From: a virus
Taxonomy: Duplodnaviria; Caudoviricetes
Length of the DNA stretch: 64,000 nt
Direction: 5' to 3' (one strand)
Virus record (IMG/VR): IMGVR_UViG_3300033076_001012
Span: 25,028 to 89,027 of that record
In this document: in pieces, positions 51,221-59,061 of the stretch
Layout of the letters: every line of letters begins with the position of its first letter
Numbering within the stretch: the first letter of the stretch is position 1
Made by a program: the position numbers and the translations under genes
The notes under the pieces: generated by a model
Databases searched by the model: none
The model's input: only the letters and a program-made list of their open reading frames with translations
What the model was told of the DNA's origin: nothing

Positions 51221-54200
51221 TTATGAAATGTAAACTTGATATAAAAAAGGGAATTATTAAAGAAGCTTTAAGAGAAGGTAGTTCAGAAAATATTAAATCT
51301 GTTACTGAAGATACATTAAGAGTATCTAAAGAAAACTTTAAAGCTGATAATCAATCTTTTAGAGTAGCTGAAAATATATCAAAAAGAATTGATAAATTAT
51401 TTGATACACAAATAACACAGATAATACCAGTAACTTCAGGACATGATATTAAAATTACTCCTACAGAAAAACTTATAGATGAGTATTACAATAAATACAT
51501 TGAACAATATAATAAACAACAACAGTTAGAGAGTGGTATTAATAAAGAAGGTGATAGTGAACCTTTATATCAAATTAAACCAACTACCACACATTCTCCA
51601 AATGAAGAATTAAACACAAGACTTAAAGAGTTTGCTAATGTTAATGGTATACCTGTAGAAGTATTTGATACTTTAATAGAAAGACTAGGAGGAGACTATG
51701 TAGCTGCTTATGATACTTTTAACAAAGCTATACTCATAGCTCATAATAAATCGGATATAACCACATTACCTGAAGAAGTTGCTCACATGATAATTGATCT
51801 TTTAGGTAAAGAACATCCTCTCATTAAGTCTTTATTAGTTCAAGTCCAAAAAATGGACTATAAAGATTATTTGAGAAAAGAAGATCCTTCTTATGAGGAC
51901 TTATATAATGGTGATAATGAAATTATGATATTGGAAGTAGCTGGTAAATTACTTAGAGATAAAATAATTAATAGACATTTATCTAATGAAAAAACCAAAA
52001 CTATTTTAGAGAAACTTATAGATAAAATTCTTAAATTTTTTAAGAAAATGTCTTTAAATAGTTTAGATAAAGTTAAAGAATCTATTGATGAAATAACATC
52101 TCAATTAGCTGATAAAGCTTTTAATAAAGAAGTTATAAGAAAAGACTATTATCCAACTATACAAAACCAACCTGCCAATAGATACTTATTTCAAACAAGT
52201 ATAAAAAAAGAAGATTCTCCTATTGAATATAAGGCTCAGTTAATAGTTTTAAAAAGAAGAATTAAGAAATTTGAAACTGCAAGAAAAAAATACGCTCCTA
52301 CAGATGCTGGATATGTTTATTGGGATAAAAAGATAATTGATCTACAAGCTAAGATTGAAAGTTATGAAGAGAGTAAAAATAAAGAAGTACTTATAAAAGC
52401 AGGACTTGAATTACTTAATGGTATAGAAAGCTTTATAGATAAAGTATCTACTGATATAGAACAAGGTAAAAATATTGCTGATATAGATCCTCAAGATATT
52501 GCTTATTCTATTGAAATATTAGATACCTTTAGTAAAATGGAAGGTACTATTGAAACAGCTACACGTTTAAAGAATTTATGGGAACCTATTATTTCTAAAA
52601 TTGCATTAGCTTATGTGAATAAATTTAATACTTCCGGTAAAGAAATAACAGAGGAAGATATTAAATCACAAATACATGATATTGGAGATTGGATAACTAA
52701 ATTAGGTACTGCTACCGATGCTACAGATTATTTAGTTAGAACTGCCGGTAGTTTAATTAAAAGTACACAAGCTGAAATAAGTCGTAATACTAAACATATA
52801 AAAGGAGAGATTGAAGAAGCTGTAAAGAATTTACAGGAGTATCAACAATCTTCAGGCATATCATTAAAAGATATGTATGATATATTTATTCAAGATATAG
52901 ATACTACAACTGTCCTCACAAGACCCTATACTACTGAATACTATAATTTATACAAAGCTTCCTGGAAAGATGGTGAAAAAGGAGCTAAATGGAGAGCTGA
53001 AAATACATATTTTGATCAGGATTCTTCTGAATGGAAACCTTCTAAAAGAGAGTTTATTAACTCTAATTATGAAAGAATACAATCTACTCCTGAACTAAAA
53101 AAGTTCTATGATTTTTATAAAAAAACTATAAATGAAGCTAAATCTAAACTACCCATTAATGTAGCTGAAGATTTTATAGCTAATATACAAGAAAGTGTGT
53201 TTAAAAATATCATAACTTCTGATAAAACTATAGGGCAAAAAGTATTTGGTTTAACTGAACATATATTTGGAGTAAAAACAATCTCCGATAGTGACTTTAT
53301 ATTTGATGAAGAACTATTAACTGATGAATTAAGCCCTAATAAGTTTCAAAAGAGATTGACTGCTAAAGAAAAAACAAGAAATTTAGGTGATGCTCTTTAT
53401 GAGTTTGCTACATTTGCTGAAAGTTATGATAAAATATCACAAGTTTTACCTGTAGTTAAACTCTTAAAAGATCAAATTGCTAATAAAAAATATATATCTG
53501 CTTCGAGACAAAAGATTAGTATTGAAGGAGCTAAAAGTAATGCTCATGCCATGATAACAGCTGCTATGGATATGCAGTTGTTAGGTAAAATGAAAAAAGA
53601 AGATGAGTTTTCTCATAAATGGAAAACTCTCGATGAAAATGGTAATGAGATAACTAAAAGTGTATCAGCAAGTTATATAGGTGATTTATTACTGAGAATG
53701 AACTCTATTCTTAGAATAGGGTTAAGTCCTGCTGGAGCATTATCTAACATATTTATTGGTGATATAGGTAATATAGTAGAAGCGTTTGGAGGAAGATTTT
53801 TTGGAGTTAGTGATTTAAACAAAGCTTCAGGAATTTTCTTTCAAGAGATCTTTAAAGAAGATTCTAAATTAAGAGCTGTACTTGAACAACTTAATCCTTT
53901 GATGGAGTTAGAAGATTATAAAAAACCTGATATTATAGCTGGTAAAAAATTATCTCCTGAGAAATTTATGGAGCTTCTTTACAGCCTTCAATCTAAAGGT
54001 GAGTTATTTCTTCAATCGAGAACTATGATAGCTAACATGCTACATGATGAAGTAATGACTAAAGATGGTAAAAAAATAACTGTATGGGAAGCGTTTGATG
54101 ATAAAGGAAATGTAAGAAAAGATGTTGATTTAAAAGGTTTATCTGAACAAGAATTTATGGATAAGATAAGCCTTAAAGTTAAAGCTATTAACAAATCTAT

Positions 54201-54864
54201 ACATGGTAGGTATAGCTCACAAGATGCTTCCTCTATGCAGCAATTTGTACTATTTAGAATGGCTTCTCAATTTAGAAAGTGGATACCTGCCGCATTAGAA
54301 AATAGATTTGGTATAAAGAAATATTCTAATGACTTAGGTGTAGAAATTGAAGGTAGATATAGAAATACTCTTAAAATGCTAATAGAATTAGCTAAATATG
54401 GAGGAAAATTAAAAGAAGGTAGAGAACTTACGGAACTTGAAAAGTATTCTCTAAAGAAGAATTTGGCAGATGTAATAATATTTGCAGCAACGATGTTCTT
54501 ATATGCCGCTGTTAAAGGAGGAGATGATGATAAAAATGAGAAACGTTTACGTAATCCTTGGATTAAATTAAGTTTAGATCAACTCAATAGAGCTTCTGGA
54601 GATATGTTATTTTTCTTAAATCCTAAAGAATTTAATAATATGGGTAAAAATGCATTACCTGTAACTAAACTGATAGATGATGTATTAACTACTATAACAT
54701 ACATTCCCTATGCTTTTAGTAATGATCCTAAAGCAAGATATAGATCTGGTTCAAGAAAAGGTGAGAATAAGTTTTGGGCTAAGGCAGCAGATATTACTCC
54801 TGGTTTAAATAATATTCATAAGATAAAAAGGGCTTGGAATGACTATGTGTATATGGAATATTAA
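51214..54864 (+). CDS. large ejected/cargo protein (likely start MKCKLD at 51223)
   Basis: Zincin-like LPEEVAH; helical; QFRKW.P.....RFG near the C-terminus; last gene of + block. Confidence 0.7.
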   Translation: MLIMKCKLDIKKGIIKEALREGSSENIKSVTEDTLRVSKENFKADNQSFRVAENISKRIDKLFDTQITQIIPVTSGHDIKITPTEKLIDEYYNKYIEQYNKQQQLESGINKEGDSEPLYQIKPTTTHSPNEELNTRLKEFANVNGIPVEVFDTLIERLGGDYVAAYDTFNKAILIAHNKSDITTLPEEVAHMIIDLLGKEHPLIKSLLVQVQKMDYKDYLRKEDPSYEDLYNGDNEIMILEVAGKLLRDKIINRHLSNEKTKTILEKLIDKILKFFKKMSLNSLDKVKESIDEITSQLADKAFNKEVIRKDYYPTIQNQPANRYLFQTSIKKEDSPIEYKAQLIVLKRRIKKFETARKKYAPTDAGYVYWDKKIIDLQAKIESYEESKNKEVLIKAGLELLNGIESFIDKVSTDIEQGKNIADIDPQDIAYSIEILDTFSKMEGTIETATRLKNLWEPIISKIALAYVNKFNTSGKEITEEDIKSQIHDIGDWITKLGTATDATDYLVRTAGSLIKSTQAEISRNTKHIKGEIEEAVKNLQEYQQSSGISLKDMYDIFIQDIDTTTVLTRPYTTEYYNLYKASWKDGEKGAKWRAENTYFDQDSSEWKPSKREFINSNYERIQSTPELKKFYDFYKKTINEAKSKLPINVAEDFIANIQESVFKNIITSDKTIGQKVFGLTEHIFGVKTISDSDFIFDEELLTDELSPNKFQKRLTAKEKTRNLGDALYEFATFAESYDKISQVLPVVKLLKDQIANKKYISASRQKISIEGAKSNAHAMITAAMDMQLLGKMKKEDEFSHKWKTLDENGNEITKSVSASYIGDLLLRMNSILRIGLSPAGALSNIFIGDIGNIVEAFGGRFFGVSDLNKASGIFFQEIFKEDSKLRAVLEQLNPLMELEDYKKPDIIAGKKLSPEKFMELLYSLQSKGELFLQSRTMIANMLHDEVMTKDGKKITVWEAFDDKGNVRKDVDLKGLSEQEFMDKISLKVKAINKSIHGRYSSQDASSMQQFVLFRMASQFRKWIPAALENRFGIKKYSNDLGVEIEGRYRNTLKMLIELAKYGGKLKEGRELTELEKYSLKKNLADVIIFAATMFLYAAVKGGDDDKNEKRLRNPWIKLSLDQLNRASGDMLFFLNPKEFNNMGKNALPVTKLIDDVLTTITYIPYAFSNDPKARYRSGSRKGENKFWAKAADITPGLNNIHKIKRAWNDYVYMEY

Positions 54865-55032
54865 AAAATAATACAAAGCGCTAAGTAAAAAAAAAAATAA
54901 AGCAAAGAATGTTCTGAATACTTGAACTACTAAGTGAGGATTTCATACCCCAATCTTCCTTGCTTACTTAATTGTTTTTTTTCATAATTTGTGGTTTTAA
55001 TTAGTGAAATTTTAATAAAAGGATAGTTAAAA

Positions 55033-55455
55033 CTATCCTTTTATTTTACTTCTATACAATAATTCTTCAATAAATATTAAATGATAAGCTTTCCATTGTT
55101 TTGAAGTAACACTTTGATCTTCAATTAATTTTTCAGTGAAATTTTTAAGAATCCCAACAATATGGTTTGTTTCTAAATCTTTAAGTAAAGATGTAATAGG
55201 AGTCCTTAAAAATCTACCATTTTTACCATATCTTTTAGTCCACTTAAAAGAGTTTCTTATATCATAAATCAAATTACTAATTTCATCTTCTTGCAAAGAA
55301 GCTTTTCTATTATCAGGAAGAGAATATCTTGTATATTCAAATCCTCCATCTATCATATGAAAATTTCCCTTTTTATCAGTATAAGTTTTATAATCATGTC
55401 CATAGAAACTAAAAAGTTTAGTTCCATCAGTACATTGTAAATAATTTATTTTCAT
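55033..55455 (-). CDS. hypothetical protein
   Basis: C......S...HDY.......IDGG..Y.R motif. Confidence 0.7.
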   Translation of the reverse strand: MKINYLQCTDGTKLFSFYGHDYKTYTDKKGNFHMIDGGFEYTRYSLPDNRKASLQEDEISNLIYDIRNSFKWTKRYGKNGRFLRTPITSLLKDLETNHIVGILKNFTEKLIEDQSVTSKQWKAYHLIFIEELLYRSKIKG

Positions 55456-55694
55456 ATTTCATAAGTATTTATATATTGTGTATCATTACACTGGTCACAA
55501 TCATAATTTTCTTGATTATCAGGTATAATATAATCTAAAAGATCATCTATTAAAATATGTAATTTATCTACATGTACTTTATTCACTAAATCGTTAACTA
55601 TTTTCCATTTTTCTGCTTCTGAAAGATCAGATGTATCTTTATTATCAACTCTTGTCCACCAAGCAGTACAACCTTCTGATTTAACTATTCTCAT
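55452..55694 (-). CDS. hypothetical protein
   Basis: ATGA-coupled; CxxC near the C-terminus. Confidence 0.6.
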   Translation of the reverse strand: MRIVKSEGCTAWWTRVDNKDTSDLSEAEKWKIVNDLVNKVHVDKLHILIDDLLDYIIPDNQENYDCDQCNDTQYINTYEI

Positions 55695-55900
55695 CTTTTT
55701 AACAATTTTAATATATATTCAGCTAATACAGTTCTACCATAGAAACAATTATCACAACAACATCTAACAGTAATTCTTTTTCTTTTATTGTTTCTATCAA
55801 TCATTTCATTATGTTCTTTTAATTCATCTTCACTAAGATTACAATCTGGATTTCTAATGTCATAATAACACAATCTAGATTTTATATAATCAAGTTCCAT
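55691..55900 (-). CDS. small Cys-rich protein
   Basis: LC.YD.RNP...C.CDNCFYGR. Confidence 0.65.
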   Translation of the reverse strand: MELDYIKSRLCYYDIRNPDCNLSEDELKEHNEMIDRNNKRKRITVRCCCDNCFYGRTVLAEYILKLLKR

Positions 55901-55901
55901 A

Positions 55902-56144
55902 TTAGAAAATTTTAGCCATTAAATAACCTATTCCAGTACCACACATAGCACCTAAAGCATATACTAATCTATCACTTTGTTCACCAAAAGCTATCTTTTT
56001 ACTATTAATTGCCCATGTATAACTAAGAAAAAAAGAACTAATTAACATTAACCAAATTAAATCTTTAGTTATACATTTAACATTAAATGCTACAAGAGAA
56101 ACTTGTAACATGGCAGTAAAGAATAATTTACTTTTTTCTTTCAT
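55902..56144 (-). CDS. small membrane protein
   Basis: Three hydrophobic segments. Confidence 0.65.
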   Translation of the reverse strand: MKEKSKLFFTAMLQVSLVAFNVKCITKDLIWLMLISSFFLSYTWAINSKKIAFGEQSDRLVYALGAMCGTGIGYLMAKIF

Positions 56145-56159
56145 TTTATTTATTTTTAC

Positions 56160-56232
56160 TTAAATTAACTAGTTTTCAATAATTTACTAACAAGTTTTAA
56201 GTTATTTATTTATTTTTTACCAATAGGTAAGG
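56160..56232 (-). ncRNA. DGR spacer 3 (structured RNA downstream of TR3)
   Basis: TTACC-TATT-GGTAA hairpin, then TTAGTA...GAAA element. Confidence 0.7.
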
Positions 56233-56254
56233 TTAAATATTAATTAAAATTAAG

Positions 56255-56336
56255 TAATAAGTACATTCACTGTTCCAATTCAGATTGTAATAGTTAGAAG
56301 AATTATAAACTAACTCACTACTAGAACTAATAGAAA
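56255..56336 (-). repeat. DGR template repeat TR3
   Basis: 82-nt match to 56444..56525; 19 mismatches, all at TR adenines. Confidence 0.95.
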
Positions 56337-56364
56337 GTTGTAATATTTAACCTACTAAGAACAA

Positions 56365-56766
56365 CTAATAATTGTTATCTCTTAGATTTTGATACTCTTT
56401 AATAAAATTCTCGCCAACAAAAGTAGCTATTTCAGAAGTTTTATAAAAAGCACATCCACCGACCCAACACAGAAAGAAATAGCCAGAAGAAATATAAACC
56501 AACCCACCACCAGAACCAATAGAAAAATGCGGAAAATATTTATATTCATTAGTATTTTTCCAATTTGGTTTCCATCCTTGATTAAAATATTTTTCAATTT
56601 GTTTAATTACTCTATAAGGACAACTAAATTGAGGTTCATTTAATCTCCTGCAAACTTCTTTATATGTAGTGCAAGTAAATATATCTTCACCATTTATAAT
56701 ATCTTTTAAGGCATCTACTTCTTTTTGTAGATCATTTAATTTATCTTGTGCTTGTTTTTTATTCAT
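56365..56766 (-). CDS. DGR target protein 3
   Basis: N-terminal coiled coil, W.PNW.N...YKY.P.F, VR3 near the C-terminus. Confidence 0.92.
   Translation of the reverse strand: MNKKQAQDKLNDLQKEVDALKDIINGEDIFTCTTYKEVCRRLNEPQFSCPYRVIKQIEKYFNQGWKPNWKNTNEYKYFPHFSIGSGGGLVYISSGYFFLCWVGGCAFYKTSEIATFVGENFIKEYQNLRDNNY
56444..56525 (-). repeat. DGR variable repeat VR3
   Basis: Encodes SIGSGGGLVYISSGYFFLCWVGGCAF; differs from TR3 only at adenines. Confidence 0.95.
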
Positions 56767-56789
56767 AATATTTGAGTTTGTTTACTATT

Positions 56790-56819
56790 AGCACATCTTA
56801 TAGAGATATAAGATGTGCT
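56790..56819. terminator. perfect 13-bp hairpin between cassettes 2 and 3
   Basis: AGCACATCTTATA-GAGA-TATAAGATGTGCT; function unclear. Confidence 0.45.
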
Positions 56820-56829
56820 TTAGTTTAGT

Positions 56830-56897
56830 TAATTCTGTTCAGCATTTAAGTTACTAAGAATATTGTTTTTATTGTTATCTTTTAGCAATAGCTAAGG
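56830..56897 (-). ncRNA. DGR spacer 2 (structured RNA downstream of TR2)
   Basis: TTAGC-TATT-GCTAA hairpin, then ATTCT-TAGTA...GAAC-AGAAT. Confidence 0.7.
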
Positions 56898-56914
56898 ATG
56901 TATACTATATATAA

Positions 56915-56986
56915 ATAGTAAAAACTAAGTGGATAGTTAGAGTTAGAATAATAGTTATTCACGTAATTCAAAGACTACCTATACTT
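56915..56986 (-). repeat. DGR template repeat TR2
   Basis: 72-nt match to 57085..57156; 18 mismatches, all at TR adenines. Confidence 0.95.
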
Positions 56987-57012
56987 TAGTTATAATATAC
57001 TATCCTACTAGT

Positions 57013-57441
57013 TTATTCTTCTAGCCAAGAATTATATAAAGTTAAAAATTGTTTAGCTATATACTCAGCAGATTTTTTATTTTTAAAGTAAAAACCAAGC
57101 GGAAAGATAGAGAAAGAATAATAGCCACCCACGCAATACAAAGACCACCCAGACCGTTTATTAAATTCAAAATATGGAATATATTTGTATTCATTATAAT
57201 TACCAAAATTGGGTTTCCATTCTTTGTTTTCATTATCAATAAAATTAACAGCTTTGATAATAGTTTTTAATTGTTCACTAAAAGAAGTAATGTTATAAAA
57301 TTCTATCCCTAATACTTTACAAGCATCTCTTAAACTTTTAATATCCTCTACTTTATATTCAGGAGCATTTATTATTTCTTTTAACTTATCGACTTCATAT
57401 TGTAAATCCTGTAATTTCTTTTGGGCTTCTGTTTTATTCAT
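57013..57441 (-). CDS. DGR target protein 2 (start MNKTEAQKK at 57441)
   Basis: ATG 4 nt after the RT stop; paralog of targets 1 and 3; VR2. Confidence 0.92.
   Translation of the reverse strand: MNKTEAQKKLQDLQYEVDKLKEIINAPEYKVEDIKSLRDACKVLGIEFYNITSFSEQLKTIIKAVNFIDNENKEWKPNFGNYNEYKYIPYFEFNKRSGWSLYCVGGYYSFSIFPLGFYFKNKKSAEYIAKQFLTLYNSWLEE
57085..57156 (-). repeat. DGR variable repeat VR2
   Basis: Encodes RSGWSLYCVGGYYSFSIFPLGFYF; differs from TR2 only at adenines. Confidence 0.95.
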
Positions 57442-57445
57442 AAAT

Positions 57446-58387
57446 TTATGTTTTAATATATTTGTTTTTAAGATTGATACCGTTACAATGATTAATCCAG
57501 CCATTATAACTAGCAATAGATTTATTATTCTTATTATATTTAATCATTTTAATGAAATTCTTTTTAATTGTTTTTCTAAGTTTAATATGTGTAGAATAAC
57601 TCACATAACCAACAAAATCTATTCCTCTATTTTTGATGGGAAATATTTGATAATTACTTAATTCTAATTTTAGATTATACCAAAGATAATTTTTTATATT
57701 ATTTAATATAATTCTTAATTCATTCTTATCATTACCTAATATAACTATATCATCGCAATATCTAAAATATTTAAGTTTTAATTCTTCTTTAATCCAATGA
57801 TCAAAATAAGTTAGATAAAAATTAGCAAAGAATTGTGAACAATAATTACCTATTGGTAAACCAACATTACTATCTATTATTTCAAATATTAAATTAAGTA
57901 AATTTCTATCTTTAAATTTTCTTAATAACAATTTTTTTAATATTTCATTATTAATAGAAGGATAGAATTTCTTTATATCTAATTTCAAACAGTATTCATA
58001 ATTTTTAACATCCTTATTTAAATCTTTTAAACAAAGATGTATACCTCTCTTTTTAATACATGAATAAGTTTGTTTTATAAAACATTTTAAAAATATAGGT
58101 TCTAATATATTTAATATTGCATGATGACATATCCTATCAGGATAATAAGGAAGTCTATATATTTCTCTTATTTTACCTTTTTCTTTAACTTTAAAAATAG
58201 TATAATTAGAGGTTTTATAAGATTTATTTAATAAAACATGATGTAAATTAATTAAAAGATCTTCTTTATTTCTATCAAATTTCCTTACACCATGTTGTTT
58301 AGACTTACCCTTTCTTGCCTTTTTTTCAGCTAATTTAATATTACCAATGCTACAAACTTGTTGATATAGATTACCTACTCTTTTCAT
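57446..58387 (-). CDS. DGR reverse transcriptase (313 aa from MKRVGNLY)
   Basis: LPYYPDRICHHAI, LKLDIKKFYPSI, GLPIGNYCSQ (DGR-type GxxxSQ), YFRYCDD, GIDFVGY. Confidence 0.96.
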   Translation of the reverse strand: MKRVGNLYQQVCSIGNIKLAEKKARKGKSKQHGVRKFDRNKEDLLINLHHVLLNKSYKTSNYTIFKVKEKGKIREIYRLPYYPDRICHHAILNILEPIFLKCFIKQTYSCIKKRGIHLCLKDLNKDVKNYEYCLKLDIKKFYPSINNEILKKLLLRKFKDRNLLNLIFEIIDSNVGLPIGNYCSQFFANFYLTYFDHWIKEELKLKYFRYCDDIVILGNDKNELRIILNNIKNYLWYNLKLELSNYQIFPIKNRGIDFVGYVSYSTHIKLRKTIKKNFIKMIKYNKNNKSIASYNGWINHCNGINLKNKYIKT

Positions 58388-58394
58388 AGTCTTT

Positions 58395-58470
58395 ACAATT
58401 AACACTTTTTCCACAATTAAGGTACTAAAGTATTTGTAAATATTCTGTTGTTTTTTGGCAATAGCCAAAG
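58395..58470 (-). ncRNA. DGR spacer 1 (structured RNA between TR1 and RT)
   Basis: TTGGC-TATT-GCCAA hairpin, then AATACT-TTAGTA...GAAAA-AGTGTT. Confidence 0.7.
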
Positions 58471-58498
58471 TTAATAATAGATTTATAAAGTAAAGAAA

Positions 58499-58564
58499 AG
58501 TAGACTCATTTGAATTAGAATTCCAGTTATTATCATAATGGAAAGACTAACTAGAGCTAGAATT
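58499..58564 (-). repeat. DGR template repeat TR1
   Basis: 66-nt match to 58659..58724; 15 mismatches, all at TR adenines; begins inside the target-1 stop codon. Confidence 0.95.
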
Positions 58565-59027
58565 AATTATTAACTTGATAAGAAAAATAATCTATATAAA
58601 TATGATTAAACTTTTTACAAGCATCTTGTAATAAATTATCTGCTTTAAAATGTTGACAAGCAGACCCACGTGAACTAGAAGTCCAGCCACTACCACAATG
58701 GAAAGACCAACCAGAGCCAGAACTAAATTTATAATAAGGTATATACTTATATATACTTGAATTATTCCAATCTAAAATAGTTTTTTCATTATAAGCTTGT
58801 ACTATTTTAGGGATAAGAGAACACGCATTTAAATATCTTTCTCTTTTATTTTTAGTATTTAAAGGAAAAATAATATAATCATTTATATCTTCTTCTAATA
58901 CATCAAAAACATCTTCTAAAGTTTGAATTCTATCTATTATATCTTCAGGAGAATTTATAATTTTTTCAAGTTTATCAATTTCTTTTTGTAAATTTTTTAT
59001 TTGCTTTTTAGCTTCTTCTTTTTTCAT
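58563..59027 (-). CDS. DGR target protein 1
   Basis: MKKEEAKKQIKNLQKEIDKLEKIIN N-terminus, DWNN...YKY.PY, VR1. Confidence 0.92.
   Translation of the reverse strand: MKKEEAKKQIKNLQKEIDKLEKIINSPEDIIDRIQTLEDVFDVLEEDINDYIIFPLNTKNKRERYLNACSLIPKIVQAYNEKTILDWNNSSIYKYIPYYKFSSGSGWSFHCGSGWTSSSRGSACQHFKADNLLQDACKKFNHIYIDYFSYQVNN
58659..58724 (-). repeat. DGR variable repeat VR1
   Basis: Encodes SSGSGWSFHCGSGWTSSSRGSA; differs from TR1 only at adenines. Confidence 0.95.
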
Positions 59028-59061
59028 TATTATATTTTTTATATTTTATGATTAAACCATG

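Larger units (their letters stand above)
56160..59027 (-). mobile_element. diversity-generating retroelement with one RT and three TR-VR cassettes
   Basis: RT plus three independent adenine-specific TR/VR pairs and three conserved spacers. Confidence 0.93.

Noticed and set aside
8806-54864. Stop-codon reassignment (TAG=Gln or TGA=Trp) as in some crAss-like phages
   Set aside because: Very long genes are intact in code 11, TAG (17980) and TGA (8807) terminate genes at sensible points, and no suppressor tRNA is seen in this window.
54865-55032. Tiny - strand ORFs in the convergence zone (MKKNN*, MKSSLSS...)
   Set aside because: Too short and next to a homopolymer run; better explained as a termination region.
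57442-57516. N-terminal extension of target 2 (MLVIMAGL...)
   Set aside because: It overlaps the RT 3' end; paralogs begin MxKxxA, matching ATG 57441.
57446-58468. RT as group II intron, retron or Abi RT, and the 27-aa N-terminal extension in the ORF track
   Set aside because: The protein is only ~313 aa with no maturase/endonuclease domain, has the GxxxSQ signature and three adenine-specific TR/VR pairs, so it is a DGR RT. The extension starts inside the conserved spacer hairpin; ATG 58387 is the more likely start.
56160-58564. CRISPR mini-array from the recurring spacer motifs
   Set aside because: The copies are divergent, 0.7-1.6 kb apart and separated by genes; there are no identical direct repeats with unique spacers.
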